Source: Oligoflexia bacterium (GTDB lineage: Bacteria > Bdellovibrionota > Bdellovibrionia > JABDDW01). Taken from it: DNA of 64,000 nucleotides. A program made the position numbers and the translations under genes. Positions 19,187 to 30,279 of this stretch are shown in pieces. The notes under the pieces were generated by a model that saw only the letters and a program-made list of their open reading frames with translations, did no database searches and was not told the DNA's origin. The DNA lies in NCBI GenBank assembly GCA_043732305.1, contig JAYTHU010000170.1, forward strand, positions 1 through 64,000, written 5' to 3'. The first letter of the stretch is position 1; every line of letters begins with the position of its first letter.

Positions 19187-20731
19187 TTAGGGATTTCTAA
19201 ACCAGGGCGTCTTCACAATATTCGAGAGATCTTCGCAAGTGACACGATCATCGTTCTCGGAATTACAAATGCCTTTATTATTTTTGATTTTTTCTAAGCT
19301 CGTTCGAGCCACAAAAAATTCATGCATGCGATGAGTGTCCGTTTCTTGTCGGCGCAACAAACTTCCATTGGGATCGTTGATTAGATACCGAGAGAGTTCA
19401 TGCATTCGCGAAAGATCCTCACTGATTGAATCGTAAAGCCCAAAATGTGCAGCGGCTTTAAAACTAATCTCGCCACCCTCGGGAAGCGAGATACTGGCAT
19501 TGGAAGATTCTTCCGCAGCAGCTTGGAAAAATCTGCGGGCGCAAAATTTATCACCCATCTGAGTGCAAATTTGTCCGAGTACAAAATCTCTTTCGCCTTC
19601 CGTCCATCCCCATTTTTCAAAAGCGTCTTCACGCACTCTATGAAATAGAGAAATACGGGTTTCTACTTGGAGATCGTTGTAAAACTCGTCTGAGTTTCCA
19701 TCATAGCTGATGGCTCCGGGCATACTCGCGCAACTTTCCGATTGCTCAACCGCGCGATCAATTTCAGCGCCATCTTTTAAACCTGCCAAATGTAAGGTTT
19801 CGTGAAGCAATGTCGAATTGATTTCATCATTGCACTGAGAAAAATTCAGAGACACTTGCGGAGCAACTGCAAAAAATGCTTCAGCGAGAGGAATGCTGGC
19901 CTCACCGCAATTTTCATTCCCAATTGGTTTTTTCAATTTACATTCGATTGTGGGGCGTTGAAGTAAAGCTGCTACCAAACGCATGGCGCGGTCAGGGTTT
20001 TGCTCCATCCAACATGTGAGTTTTGGCTCGATCTCGTCTGCAATTAAATCTTCGAGCTGCTGCTTTTCTTTTTCCGAGCAATTGCCCGCGTAACGAAACT
20101 TCAGTAGGGACGTTCGCGCATCCGAAATCTTATACAAAAATCCTAAGTCTCCCCGAGTCCACGGGATGGCGGTGGCGACAGGAATTTTTGAAGCGAAATC
20201 ATCAAAGCCTTCAAAAGACATTGCCGAAAACTCTCGGGTTTTTCCTGAAACGGACGGAAGAGTTATTTTTCCAAAGTTGATGGCTTTTCCGTGCCCACGG
20301 TGCCGGCGGCTCTTCTTCTTATTTCCTACAATGGCGTCAGCGGACCCATCACTCCATGCGATTTTTCCATTCAGGGAATCAATCTTTCCGGTTCGAGCTT
20401 TTCCATCCTTGATATCGACAATATTTTTTGCGGCATAAACCATAAGAATGCGGCTAGGTCTGCCGTTCTTGTCCGGCTCCATGCCCATCCATCTAACGCC
20501 AATGGCCTGCTCCATGAATGAACGCGGTGGGCCTTGCTCCTTGTCTTTCTCCCGAAGCCAAATTTCATTCCACTGACCCTGATCATTGGTGTTGAACTCA
20601 AGCGGAAGGTCTTCCACGTTTTCTGGCAAAAGCTGCCAAGCCAAGGAGGAAAACTCCGAACCTTTGGCGGTCGTTTGGAAGCAGTTTATGACACAAAGCG
20701 CAGTAATCAGAATTTTCAGTTTTGTTTCCAT
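19187..20731 (-). CDS. Secreted hypothetical protein with HEXXH zinc-binding motif
   Basis: Signal-like N-terminus [29 protein letters not shown]; several Cys. Confidence 0.6.
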   Translation of the reverse strand: METKLKILITALCVINCFQTTAKGSEFSSLAWQLLPENVEDLPLEFNTNDQGQWNEIWLREKDKEQGPPRSFMEQAIGVRWMGMEPDKNGRPSRILMVYAAKNIVDIKDGKARTGKIDSLNGKIAWSDGSADAIVGNKKKSRRHRGHGKAINFGKITLPSVSGKTREFSAMSFEGFDDFASKIPVATAIPWTRGDLGFLYKISDARTSLLKFRYAGNCSEKEKQQLEDLIADEIEPKLTCWMEQNPDRAMRLVAALLQRPTIECKLKKPIGNENCGEASIPLAEAFFAVAPQVSLNFSQCNDEINSTLLHETLHLAGLKDGAEIDRAVEQSESCASMPGAISYDGNSDEFYNDLQVETRISLFHRVREDAFEKWGWTEGERDFVLGQICTQMGDKFCARRFFQAAAEESSNASISLPEGGEISFKAAAHFGLYDSISEDLSRMHELSRYLINDPNGSLLRRQETDTHRMHEFFVARTSLEKIKNNKGICNSENDDRVTCEDLSNIVKTPWFRNP

Positions 20732-20812
20732 AGGATGGAATTGATTAGAATCGATCAAGCTTACACTTTCAAGCTGGAAATTAAGCCCCTCTCCGTGTTA
20801 GTTCCTAATACC

Positions 20813-22108
20813 ATGTCATCAAAATTTTATATTGCCGACCTTTCGAAACACGTGGGCCAAACTGTTGAACTCAAAGGATGGGTTTACGGCAAACGTTCCA
20901 GTGGAAAAATCAAATTTCTCCAGCTCAGAGATGGCACGGGATTGTGTCAGTGTGTTTATTTCAAGGGTGAGTGCGATGAGAATTCTTTCAACGAGTTTGA
21001 AAAACTAACTCAAGAGGCTTGCGTCACTGTCACAGGTATTGTGAAAGAAGAAAAACGCAGTCCAGGTGGCTATGAATTGAGTGCGCAAGAACTTAAAATC
21101 ACCGCACCTTCTGTTGATTTTCCGATTGGCCCGAAAGAACACGGCCCTGATTTTTTATTAAACAATCGCCATCTTTGGCTCAGATCTAAAAATCAACATG
21201 CAGCTTTGCGCATTCGCGCAGAGATAGTGAAAGCTGTCAGAGATTTTTTTGATGGCCGAGGTTTCACTTTAGTCGACGCTCCTATTTTTACTCCTAGCGC
21301 GTGCGAAGGAACTTCCAATTTATTCCAAACGAACTATTTTGATGAAAAAGCTTATCTAAGTCAGAGCGGACAGCTTTACATGGAAGCGGCAGCAGCTGCA
21401 TTTGGAAAAGCTTATTGCTTCGGTCCAACTTTTAGAGCGGAAAAATCAAAAACTCGACGCCACTTGATTGAATTTTGGATGGTCGAACCAGAAGTTGCCT
21501 TCAACGATATTTATGACAACATGGAACTTGCAGAACAATTTGTGGAATACATTGTTCAAAGAATCATCACAAACAAAGCTGATGAACTTAAGGCACTGGA
21601 TAGAAATATTGATAGTTTATCCAAAGTTAAAGGTCCCTTCCCAAGATTGCATTACAAAGAAGCTGCGGAAATTATTGCGAAAGAAAATCCTAATTTTAAA
21701 ATTGGCGAAGACTTTGGCGGCACAGACGAAACTATTATCTCCTCCCGATTTGACAAGCCCGTTTTTGTTCATCACTACCCTTCAGCTATAAAAGCGTTTT
21801 ACATGAAGGAAGATCCAGCGGAAGCTGGCAGCAGCATGAGCTGCGATTTACTTGCGACTGAAGGTTACGGAGAAATTATCGGTGGCGGTCAACGTGAAGA
21901 TGACATTGTGAAGTTGGAGGCCAAAGTGAAAGAGCATGGACTCGATATGGCCGACTTCCAGTGGTATTTTGATTTAAGAAAATATGGCTCCTTTGAACAC
22001 GCCGGTTTCGGTTTGGGCATTGAGAGAACAGTGAGTTGGATTTGTGGACTTCAGCACGTCAGAGAAACGATCCCGTTTCCTCGATTGTACGGAAGACTTA
22101 GACCTTAA
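20813..22108 (+). CDS. asnS: Asparagine--tRNA ligase
   Basis: [51 protein letters not shown]. Start set to MSSKFY. Confidence 0.96.
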   Translation: MSSKFYIADLSKHVGQTVELKGWVYGKRSSGKIKFLQLRDGTGLCQCVYFKGECDENSFNEFEKLTQEACVTVTGIVKEEKRSPGGYELSAQELKITAPSVDFPIGPKEHGPDFLLNNRHLWLRSKNQHAALRIRAEIVKAVRDFFDGRGFTLVDAPIFTPSACEGTSNLFQTNYFDEKAYLSQSGQLYMEAAAAAFGKAYCFGPTFRAEKSKTRRHLIEFWMVEPEVAFNDIYDNMELAEQFVEYIVQRIITNKADELKALDRNIDSLSKVKGPFPRLHYKEAAEIIAKENPNFKIGEDFGGTDETIISSRFDKPVFVHHYPSAIKAFYMKEDPAEAGSSMSCDLLATEGYGEIIGGGQREDDIVKLEAKVKEHGLDMADFQWYFDLRKYGSFEHAGFGLGIERTVSWICGLQHVRETIPFPRLYGRLRP

Positions 22109-22125
22109 AGGGTGGGGAAATAAAA

Positions 22126-23682
22126 ATGGAAATGACAACAACCGATAGACTTAAAGATCTTGAAACCAGAAACTCGGCAGCAATGCTCGGCGGTGGCAAG
22201 GAACGTATCACAAAACAAAAAACAGGAGGAAGACTTTCTGCCCGCGAACGTTTAGACGTCCTTCTTGATCCTGGATCATTCATCGAGTTTGATAGGTTCA
22301 TGACTCATCGATGTTCCGATTTCGGAATGAAAGATAAAAAGATTCCTGGTGATGGAGTCATCACCGGTTACGGCCGCATCAACGGGAAATTGGTTTATGT
22401 TTACAGCCAGGATTTCACCGTTTTTGGTGGAAGTTTGAGCTCAACAAATTCAAAGAAGATTTGCAAAGTCATGCAGATGGCCGTCAAGAATGGCGCGCCG
22501 ATGATTGGCTTGAATGATTCCGGTGGCGCTCGAATTCAAGAGGGCGTGGAAAGTCTCGGCGGGTACGCAGATATTTTTCTTCGTAACACTTTAGCAAGCG
22601 GTGTGATTCCCCAAATTTCTGCCATCATGGGGCCGTGCGCTGGTGGCGCGGTTTACTCTCCCGCAATCACTGATTTTATTTTCATGGTCAAAGACACGAG
22701 CTACATGTTTGTCACAGGACCTGACGTCGTTAAAACCGTCACTCACGAAACTGTCAGCATGATGGATTTAGGTGGAGCGCAAACGCACAACACTAAATCT
22801 GGCGTCGCGCACTTTGCTTGTGAAGATGACAAACATTGTCTACTCATGATTCGCGAACTTCTAAATTTCTTACCTTCTAACAATATAGACGATCCACCCA
22901 TTTTGCCTGCTAAAGACAAACCAGATCGCATTGATGAAAGTTTGAACACGTTGATTCCTGACAGTTCAAAAAAACCTTACGACATGAAAGACATTTTAAA
23001 AACTGTAGTCGACGAAGGTTACTTTTTGGAAGTCCAGCAGCATTACGCGCCCAATATTTTAATTGGATTTTCTCGATTGAACGGTCGAAGTGTCGGCATT
23101 GTGGCAAACCAACCCATGGTACTCGCGGGTTGCTTAGATATCAATGCATCGGTCAAGGCTGCTCGCTTTGTTCGATTTTGTGATGCGTTCAATATTCCTA
23201 TTATTACTTTTGTGGATGTTCCCGGATTTTTACCTGGAACAAATCAAGAGCATAACGGAATCATCCGTCACGGAGCGAAGCTCTTGTATGCTTACGCCGA
23301 AGCAACAGTTCCCAAAATCACCATCATCACTCGCAAAGCTTATGGCGGCGCATATGACGTCATGAGTTCAAAGCACATGCGCGGAGACGTAAATTTGGCC
23401 TATCCTACTGCTGAAATCGCGGTCATGGGACCTGAAGGTGCGGTAAGTATTATTTTCCGCGAAGAAATTAAACGCGCCAACGGCGATGCTTCAGTGAAAG
23501 ATAAACTTGTCGAAGACTATCGCGCAACGTTTGCGAATCCTTATAAAGCAGCTGAATTAGGTTACATCGATGAAGTGATCGAACCTTCATACACTCGTGT
23601 ACGATTGATTGACGCTCTTGAAATGTTGAAAAATAAACGGGACACAAATCCCCCACGCAAACACGGAAACATTCCACTCTAA
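22126..23682 (+). CDS. pccB: Acyl-CoA (propionyl-CoA) carboxylase carboxyltransferase beta subunit
   Basis: [45 protein letters not shown]. Confidence 0.93.
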   Translation: MEMTTTDRLKDLETRNSAAMLGGGKERITKQKTGGRLSARERLDVLLDPGSFIEFDRFMTHRCSDFGMKDKKIPGDGVITGYGRINGKLVYVYSQDFTVFGGSLSSTNSKKICKVMQMAVKNGAPMIGLNDSGGARIQEGVESLGGYADIFLRNTLASGVIPQISAIMGPCAGGAVYSPAITDFIFMVKDTSYMFVTGPDVVKTVTHETVSMMDLGGAQTHNTKSGVAHFACEDDKHCLLMIRELLNFLPSNNIDDPPILPAKDKPDRIDESLNTLIPDSSKKPYDMKDILKTVVDEGYFLEVQQHYAPNILIGFSRLNGRSVGIVANQPMVLAGCLDINASVKAARFVRFCDAFNIPIITFVDVPGFLPGTNQEHNGIIRHGAKLLYAYAEATVPKITIITRKAYGGAYDVMSSKHMRGDVNLAYPTAEIAVMGPEGAVSIIFREEIKRANGDASVKDKLVEDYRATFANPYKAAELGYIDEVIEPSYTRVRLIDALEMLKNKRDTNPPRKHGNIPL

Positions 23683-23691
23683 GGAGAAAAG

Positions 23692-25182
23692 ATGTTTAAG
23701 AAAATTCTGATCGCCAACCGAGGTGAAATCGCAATCCGTGTGCACCGTGCTTGTAAAGAGCTGGGCATTCAAACTGTAGCCGTGTTCAGCGAAGCTGACC
23801 GAAACAGTCTGCACGTTTTATTCGCCGATGAAGCCTATTGCATTGGGCCTGCACCTAGCAGAGAGAGTTACCTGAATATTCCGAAAATCATTGATGTCGC
23901 TCTCAAAGCCGGCGCTCAAGCGATTCATCCTGGGTATGGTTTCCTTTCTGAAAATGAAGATTTTGCTGAAGCCTGCACAAAAGCAGGAATCACATTCATT
24001 GGTCCGAGTGTCGAAGCTATTTCTAAAATGGGAGATAAACTTTCTGCTCGAGACCTTATGAAAAAAGCCGGAGTGCCCATTGTTCCTGGCAGTGATGGAC
24101 CGGTCAATACGGTGGAAGATGTCCGTGCCGTTGTCAAAAAAATCGGCTATCCGATCATGATCAAAGCTTCTGCCGGTGGTGGCGGAAAAGGCATGCGATT
24201 TGTTGCTGGTGAAGGCGAATTAGAAAGTGCCGTGCGCGCTGCTAAATCTGAAGCGCTTAACTATTTTGGCGATGACAAAGTCTACGTTGAAAAATACGTG
24301 ACCAACCCTAAGCACATTGAAATACAAATCTTTGGAGACAGTCACGGGAACGTGATCCATCTCTATGAACGCGAATGTTCAATTCAAAGACGTCACCAAA
24401 AAATCATTGAGGAATCCCCATCACCGGCTTTGAATCAAAAAACTCGCGAAGCCATGGGTGAGATTGCCGTCAAGGCTGCTAAGTCCGTGAACTACTGCGG
24501 TGCAGGTACAGTGGAATTTATTTTCGATATCGATTCGGGAGAATTCTATTTCCTAGAAATGAACACTCGCTTGCAAGTTGAACATCCTGTCACAGAACTT
24601 GTGACTGGTGTTGATTTGGTTCAAGAACAAATTCTCGTTGCGGCGGGCCTACCAATGAGCTTTAAGCAAAAAGATATTGTCCAGCGCGGTTGGGCCATAG
24701 AAGTTCGAATTTACGCAGAAGATCCAATCACATTTATGCCAAGTCCTGGAGAAATCATTCGTTGCCGTCATCCGCAAGGACCGTTCACTCGCGTGGATAG
24801 TTACGTTTATCCTCGTTACACAGTTCCGTTGCATTACGATCCCATGATTGCAAAACTCAGCACCTGGGGATCTGATCGCCAAAAAGCCATTCAAAGATGT
24901 GCTCGTGCGTTGGATGAATTTATTCTAACCGGTATCAAAACGAATATCCCTTTGCATAAAAAGATTTTGCAGGACGAAAAGTTTCTCAAAGGAGATTTTT
25001 CCACCCACTTTATTGACAAAGACTTTGCCGGCTTCGATAAACTTTTTTCCACCACTGATGATCGCGTGTTTTTGATCACGGCGGCGATTGAAGCTTATCA
25101 AGAACATAAGAAGCAAGGTATTTGGGATCTGAATTTAGTCAGCAATTGGAAACGTCTAGGCCGAAGACTTTCGCTGAGATAA
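23692..25182 (+). CDS. accC: Biotin carboxylase subunit
   Basis: ILIANRGEIA, HPGYGFLSEN, GGGGKGMR, RECSIQRRHQK, EMNTRLQVEH. Confidence 0.93.
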   Translation: MFKKILIANRGEIAIRVHRACKELGIQTVAVFSEADRNSLHVLFADEAYCIGPAPSRESYLNIPKIIDVALKAGAQAIHPGYGFLSENEDFAEACTKAGITFIGPSVEAISKMGDKLSARDLMKKAGVPIVPGSDGPVNTVEDVRAVVKKIGYPIMIKASAGGGGKGMRFVAGEGELESAVRAAKSEALNYFGDDKVYVEKYVTNPKHIEIQIFGDSHGNVIHLYERECSIQRRHQKIIEESPSPALNQKTREAMGEIAVKAAKSVNYCGAGTVEFIFDIDSGEFYFLEMNTRLQVEHPVTELVTGVDLVQEQILVAAGLPMSFKQKDIVQRGWAIEVRIYAEDPITFMPSPGEIIRCRHPQGPFTRVDSYVYPRYTVPLHYDPMIAKLSTWGSDRQKAIQRCARALDEFILTGIKTNIPLHKKILQDEKFLKGDFSTHFIDKDFAGFDKLFSTTDDRVFLITAAIEAYQEHKKQGIWDLNLVSNWKRLGRRLSLR

Positions 25183-25217
25183 TTTTTTAGTCATGATTTT
25201 AAAAAAGGAACGCAGAA

Positions 25218-25745
25218 ATGTATTTTGAAGCGGAAGTAAAACGAAAGAAATATAAAGTCGAAGTCAATGAATCCAAAACTCATTGGCATGTGAAACTGCA
25301 GGCCGCCGGCGAAAAACCTGAAGTTTTCGATATTTCTAAAATCGATTACACAGAATTTGATGACGCCATCTCGTTTATTTTCAACGGCAAATCTTACATG
25401 TTGGATGTTGTTTCCTCCAAAGATGGCTACACCATTTTTACCGGAAACAGTTATCGCAACGTCACCATTCACAATGATGAAAGTCTGCTTCACGAATCTC
25501 TCAAAGCTGGCTCCACGATGGGCGATGCAGATAAACTTTCAGCGGGTATGCCTGGAAAGATTTCTAAAATCTTTGTTCAGGTTGGTCAAAAAATTGCGAG
25601 TGGAAAACCTATTCTGATTATGGAAGCCATGAAAATGGAAAACGAAATGCGCGCGATCAACGATTGCGTAATTAAAGAAATCCATGTCAAAGAAGGAGCC
25701 TCCGTCGAATCAGGAGCAGTGCTTGTCACCTTCGAAGCCAACTAA
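25218..25745 (+). CDS. Biotin carboxyl carrier protein
   Basis: MEAMKMENE biotinylation motif. Confidence 0.92.
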   Translation: MYFEAEVKRKKYKVEVNESKTHWHVKLQAAGEKPEVFDISKIDYTEFDDAISFIFNGKSYMLDVVSSKDGYTIFTGNSYRNVTIHNDESLLHESLKAGSTMGDADKLSAGMPGKISKIFVQVGQKIASGKPILIMEAMKMENEMRAINDCVIKEIHVKEGASVESGAVLVTFEAN

Positions 25746-27294
25746 AATTATTTTTCATCCCGAAGATGGTTTGCAACCTGCAGATTTTGCCGAAAAACTC
25801 GGTAATCCAGGCGAGTATCCTTACACTCGCGGAATTCAAAAAGACATGTATCGCGGTCGCCATTGGACTATGCGCCAGTATGCGGGGTTCGGCGATGCTT
25901 TCGAAAGTAACAAACGTTACAAAATGCTTTTGGAAAAAGGTCAAACGGGACTTAGTGTCGCTTTTGATCTGCCCACACAAATGGGTTATGACTCCGATGA
26001 TCTCATGTCACGTGGCGAAGTTGGAAAAGTGGGAGTAGCAATTTCGTCTCTTGAAGACATGGAAACTTTGTTTCGCGGAATTCCCTTAGATAAAGTTTCA
26101 ACCAGCATGACCATCAATGCGACGGCGGGAATTCTCCTGGCACTTTATATCTGCGTGGCTAAGAAACAAAAAGTTTCGCTCAAAGATATTAAAGGGACCA
26201 TTCAGAATGATATTTTAAAAGAGTACATCGCTCGCGGCACTTATATTTACCCAGCGAAACAAAGCATGCGTCTCATAACCGATATTTTTTCGTTCTGCAA
26301 AGACAATGTCCCTCAATGGAACACAGTCAGCATCAGCGGTTACCATATCAGAGAGGCTGGTGCGACGGCGATTCAAGAAGTGGCATTCACTCTTGCGGAT
26401 GGAATCACCTACGTTCAAGCGGCGATTGATTCAGGTCTAGATGTCGATGATTTTGCTTCGCGCCTAAGTTTCTTTTTCAACGTTCATAATAATTTTTTTG
26501 AGGAGATCGCAAAATTTAGAGCAGCTCGTAGAATCTGGGCAAAAATCATGCGCGAAAGATTCAAAGCAAAGAATCCCAAAAGCTGGCTACTTCGATTTCA
26601 CACCCAAACTGCTGGAGTAACTCTCACGGCGCAACAGCCAGAAAACAATGTGGTTCGAGTTTCCCTTCAAGCCCTCGCGGCTGTGTTGGGCGGAACACAA
26701 AGTCTGCATACTAATTCTAAAGATGAAGCGCTTGGACTCCCTACTGCTGAAGCGGCAACTTTAGCTTTGAGAACCCAACAAATTATTGCCAACGAAACCG
26801 GTGCTCCCGATGTAGTCGATCCCCTCGGTGGAAGTTATTATATTGAAAATCTCACAGATCAAATCGAAAAAGCGGCTCTCGATTACATCGAACGCATTGA
26901 AAAAATGGGTGGTGTGATTAGGGCAATTGAAACTGGATTTATTCAAAAAGAAATTCAAAACTCGAGCTACGATTTTCAGAAAAAAGTAGATGCCAAAGAA
27001 GAAATAATTGTGGGTGTGAATTCCTATATTGAAAAGGCCACCTTCAAAACACCGATTTTAAAAGTTCCTCCCGGCTTAGAGAAAACGCAAGTGGCCAGAC
27101 TTAAAAAATACAAAACCAAGCGAAATAAAAAACTTGTTGAGAAATCTCTCACCGAAATCAAGATCGCAGCGAAAGGCACACAAAATCTTGTCCCTCTCTT
27201 TGTAACCGCTTTAGAAAATAAAGTTACTTTAGGTGAAATTAGCCACGCCCTCAGAGATATTTTTGGTCTTTATAAAGAAAATATTGTGATCTAA
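25684..27294 (+). CDS. Methylmalonyl-CoA mutase, large (substrate-binding) subunit without B12-binding domain
   Basis: [19 protein letters not shown] (Tyr, MCM-type), [22 protein letters not shown]. Possible TTG start at 25723 after AGGAG. Confidence 0.9.
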   Translation: MSKKEPPSNQEQCLSPSKPTKIIFHPEDGLQPADFAEKLGNPGEYPYTRGIQKDMYRGRHWTMRQYAGFGDAFESNKRYKMLLEKGQTGLSVAFDLPTQMGYDSDDLMSRGEVGKVGVAISSLEDMETLFRGIPLDKVSTSMTINATAGILLALYICVAKKQKVSLKDIKGTIQNDILKEYIARGTYIYPAKQSMRLITDIFSFCKDNVPQWNTVSISGYHIREAGATAIQEVAFTLADGITYVQAAIDSGLDVDDFASRLSFFFNVHNNFFEEIAKFRAARRIWAKIMRERFKAKNPKSWLLRFHTQTAGVTLTAQQPENNVVRVSLQALAAVLGGTQSLHTNSKDEALGLPTAEAATLALRTQQIIANETGAPDVVDPLGGSYYIENLTDQIEKAALDYIERIEKMGGVIRAIETGFIQKEIQNSSYDFQKKVDAKEEIIVGVNSYIEKATFKTPILKVPPGLEKTQVARLKKYKTKRNKKLVEKSLTEIKIAAKGTQNLVPLFVTALENKVTLGEISHALRDIFGLYKENIVI

Positions 27295-27467
27295 AAACCT
27301 CTGTGGCGCTGCCTATAAAGCTTTAAAAGTCCTATTTTTTTGACCAGTCTTTAGACATATGCAAATTCGTTAGTCAATTCATCCTCTTCATGACGGTCTT
27401 ACCCTCAACAACCTAAGCACGAAACTTGCTCCTTCATAGAAGTGTAAACTTATTCCGGGGGGAATTC

Positions 27468-28331
27468 ATGAACAAGGGTAAAGTCGTAATTCTGGTATTT
27501 TTTACTTTCTTCGTTGTGGTGAATTATCAAAACTGCTCAACACCATCAAACATTGTAAAAAACGCAGCTACAGCAACAGCATCGCCAACCGTACCCATTG
27601 TCCCGTTGCCGATTCCTACACCCGGGCCTATTCCGACCTGCCAACCTAATTACGTTTATGACGGTGAAAGTTGCGTTCCTCAAACGGTCGCCTGCCAAAG
27701 TTACCAAGAATTAATACTTTCTAACTCCCCACTTGTCATTCCTGCACGCGATAAAAATCAAGTTTGTTACTTTGTGCATGTCATAAATCAAGTTGTGAGT
27801 GCAAGTGGAGGATCTATCGCTTCCAGCAACTGGCTAAGTGCAAGACAAGACATCGTGGCTCGCAGCCATGATCTCAATCATGCTAACGCAGCTCCGAAAG
27901 TAATTGATTCCGTGTTTGATGGGTCCGCAATTGCCGTGGGCGCAGTAGGCGAATTGAAATTCACATTGCAAGGTCAACGTAACGTTATGATGGGCGGAAA
28001 TTCAGCCGGTAATATCCCGATGTCTGTTGATAACTTTTTATTTTTAGAAATCAATTCAGCAACAAAAGGCAAAGAATATGTTGCAGAAGGATCTTCTGAC
28101 TCTGTTCCTTTTGCAAATCCCAATAATTCCTCCGACAGTTCAACCGGCCCCATAACTATAAACGGGCAGGCCGTACCATTCGTTTCTTTTGGTACGAGTG
28201 GAACCGTGCAAGTTGCACCTGTGGATATTTCAAACTATCTGCCAATCAACGATCAAATTGATTTCAAAGTAACCGGTTTGGATTGTGGAAATGTCGGAGA
28301 TATTTCAGATGTCTTCATTATGTTTCAATAA
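27468..28331 (+). CDS. Hypothetical lipoprotein (YQNC-type lipobox, Pro-rich linker)
   Basis: MNKGKVVILVFFTFFVVVNYQNC; PTVPIVPLPIPTPGPIP; paired Cys; G-rich RBS. Confidence 0.7.
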   Translation: MNKGKVVILVFFTFFVVVNYQNCSTPSNIVKNAATATASPTVPIVPLPIPTPGPIPTCQPNYVYDGESCVPQTVACQSYQELILSNSPLVIPARDKNQVCYFVHVINQVVSASGGSIASSNWLSARQDIVARSHDLNHANAAPKVIDSVFDGSAIAVGAVGELKFTLQGQRNVMMGGNSAGNIPMSVDNFLFLEINSATKGKEYVAEGSSDSVPFANPNNSSDSSTGPITINGQAVPFVSFGTSGTVQVAPVDISNYLPINDQIDFKVTGLDCGNVGDISDVFIMFQ

Positions 28332-28342
28332 AGAAGGAAAGT

Positions 28343-29086
28343 TTAAACGGTTGCTTTAGGTGCAAAAAATTTAACGAGCAAAATACTCATCTCGTAAAGC
28401 AATAACAAAGGAACAAGAAGCGCGATCATACTCACGGCATCTGGAGGAGTAATAATTGCGGCACCAACAGCCATAAGAAGAATCGCCCATCTGCGATTTT
28501 TCTTTAGAAACAAGTGATCAATGACACCCATGGCTCCAAGAGCAGTGAGAACCACGGGAAGTTCAAACATCACGCCGAAGCCAATAAAAAATTTCAGGAT
28601 GAAATCAAGATACTCGCTGATGGTGATGAGTGGTTTATCTACGTCACCTCCAAAGCCAATGAGAAATTTAAATGCAAAGGGCAAGACAACAAAATAAGCA
28701 AAGCTTGCCCCAGCTAAAAATAAAAACACTGCCGAAGCTAGAAATCCCGCAGCAAATTTTTTCTCTCGAGAATACAGACCTGGCGCAATAAATTTCCAAA
28801 CTTGGTACAGCCACAATGGCGACGTCAGAAATACGCCACCCAGAAAACTCACTTTCACGTGAGCCATAAATTTTTCAAAAACACCAATATAGTGAAGTCC
28901 CTTTTCCCCATCGGGTAAAAAAGGTAAAATCGGAGCGCGAAGAACATTGAAAAGTTTGTCACTGAATCCGTAACAAAGTCCAAATCCCGCCAGCAAAATG
29001 ACTAGCACCCTGATCAATCGGTGACGAAGTTCTGCTAGATGATCCGTCAGCGGCGCAGTTTTATGCTCTTCAGTTGATTCGCTCAC
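28343..29086 (-). CDS. tatC: Twin-arginine translocase subunit TatC
   Basis: HLAELRHRL, YQVWKFIAPGLY, FELP, ITPPD, LLYE. Confidence 0.96.
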   Translation of the reverse strand: MSESTEEHKTAPLTDHLAELRHRLIRVLVILLAGFGLCYGFSDKLFNVLRAPILPFLPDGEKGLHYIGVFEKFMAHVKVSFLGGVFLTSPLWLYQVWKFIAPGLYSREKKFAAGFLASAVFLFLAGASFAYFVVLPFAFKFLIGFGGDVDKPLITISEYLDFILKFFIGFGVMFELPVVLTALGAMGVIDHLFLKKNRRWAILLMAVGAAIITPPDAVSMIALLVPLLLLYEMSILLVKFFAPKATV

Positions 29087-29421
29087 TTGCCTAATTCCCG
29101 CATGACTTCATCTATTGATTTTGACGCTTTAGATAATTTATTTTCAGAAGAATTTTCTGTGATCACATCGACAATTTTACTGACGGAACGAGATTTGGAA
29201 TCAGACACCAAACTTCCCGCAATTGTGTGGGTCATTGATTTTTTAAAAATGTCTGCATGCATTTCCGTCTTCACCACATTTGTCACGTCGTGAAAAGCTT
29301 TTCTAAATTCGCTGTAGGTTCGCCCGAGAACTTTTGCAACCTGAGGCAATTGCTTGGGCCCAAGCACAAGCAGACCAATTGCGGACAAAACCATGATTTC
29401 GCCAAAACTGAGATTAAACAT
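29083..29421 (-). CDS. tatB: Twin-arginine translocase subunit TatB (TatA/B family)
   Basis: MFNLSFGEI...LLVLGPKQLP; directly upstream of tatC. Confidence 0.88.
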   Translation of the reverse strand: MFNLSFGEIMVLSAIGLLVLGPKQLPQVAKVLGRTYSEFRKAFHDVTNVVKTEMHADIFKKSMTHTIAGSLVSDSKSRSVSKIVDVITENSSENKLSKASKSIDEVMRELGK

Positions 29422-30047
29422 CAGCTCTTATTTATCTTGTCTTTGATTCCTAATGCAAGCGGAGGCGCGGGAAGTCCCTTATCCATAAGATGTTTTTTTG
29501 CCGCCTCGCTACCTGTCTTGAGATAGGTCTCATAGACTTGGAGGAGGCTTTGATCGTTTTGACCTAAAAACTCATGACTGACCTCGCTCAAAACTTCAAC
29601 GAAGTCTGAAAACTTTGAATAAAGCTCATGATAGAGATCGTGAAAGGATTCCTCACGAATGCTATCCGCAAGGTTGCGGTAAGCAAGTGCTCCCATATCC
29701 CGATAATATTCAAGATCTACTACTTTACGGCTTAGTGAATTAGTGAAAAATCCGCTGATATATAGTGAGCTATCACCAAGTTTTTTAAGCAGTCTGATTT
29801 TCTCAGTCCCTGAAACTCCTGGAGCCTGAGCGTTAAGAAGTTGAATCGCAAGAGGTTCAGTCTGAAGATGATGCTGGGCATCTTCTTTATCGAAGAGATT
29901 TGCGGTCACAATATAGCGATCCAAAAGATCCACCACGTAAAACTCCGCAACTTCAGTTGTGGTAAATTTTTTGCGTGAAATCACATCGCTCACGCGATCC
30001 TTGAAAAACTCTGAAGACTTTTGGACTAGATCTATCTTCTTGATCAT
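29421..30047 (-). CDS. Conserved-looking hypothetical protein coupled to tatB
   Basis: 208 aa; stop overlaps the tatB start; LGDSSLYISGFF...YYRDMGALAY. Confidence 0.75.
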   Translation of the reverse strand: MIKKIDLVQKSSEFFKDRVSDVISRKKFTTTEVAEFYVVDLLDRYIVTANLFDKEDAQHHLQTEPLAIQLLNAQAPGVSGTEKIRLLKKLGDSSLYISGFFTNSLSRKVVDLEYYRDMGALAYRNLADSIREESFHDLYHELYSKFSDFVEVLSEVSHEFLGQNDQSLLQVYETYLKTGSEAAKKHLMDKGLPAPPLALGIKDKINKS

Positions 30048-30070
30048 AGGGTCTAAGTTTCCTTGCTTTC

Positions 30071-30099
30071 ATTATCTCAAATCGGCTGTCTTGTGTCAA
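30071..30099 (-). promoter_or_regulatory. sigma70-type promoter for the hypothetical-tatB-tatC unit
   Basis: TTGACA-17-GATAAT on the minus strand. Confidence 0.7.
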
Positions 30100-30101
30100 A
30101 A

Positions 30102-30279
30102 CACGAGAGAAGAACTAGCCTAGAGTCCGTAGATTGGCCAAACTTTCAATATTTAAAGCGTGGGTTCATGCCGCCCGCCTAATCGACCATAATAGCCGAT
30201 ACGATATCGAGCAAGGCGGGATCGGCAAGATCACCCACGGAGTTTTAGTTCTTTGAACCTTCTGCCCATGGATCTCGTG
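30102..30279. ncRNA. Candidate structured RNA/element (long rod-like hairpin; core 30159-30239)
   Basis: Nested complementary blocks CGTGGGT/ACCCACG, TGCCG/CGGCA, CCCGCCT/AGGCGGG, TCGA/TCGA; outer CACGAGA/TCTCGTG. Confidence 0.45.

Noticed and set aside
20534..20812. 93-aa N-terminal extension of AsnS in the ORF track
   Set aside because: Overlaps the divergent gene; homology begins at MSSKFY (20813).
27413..27432. sigma54 promoter AAGCACGAAACTTGCT
   Set aside because: Lacks the invariant GG at -24; mentioned only as a resemblance.
30159..30239. Hairpin as SRP (4.5S) RNA, tRNA or simple terminator
   Set aside because: No CAGG/GNRA/AGCA SRP domain IV motif, no cloverleaf or T-loop, no U-tract, and too long for a typical terminator.
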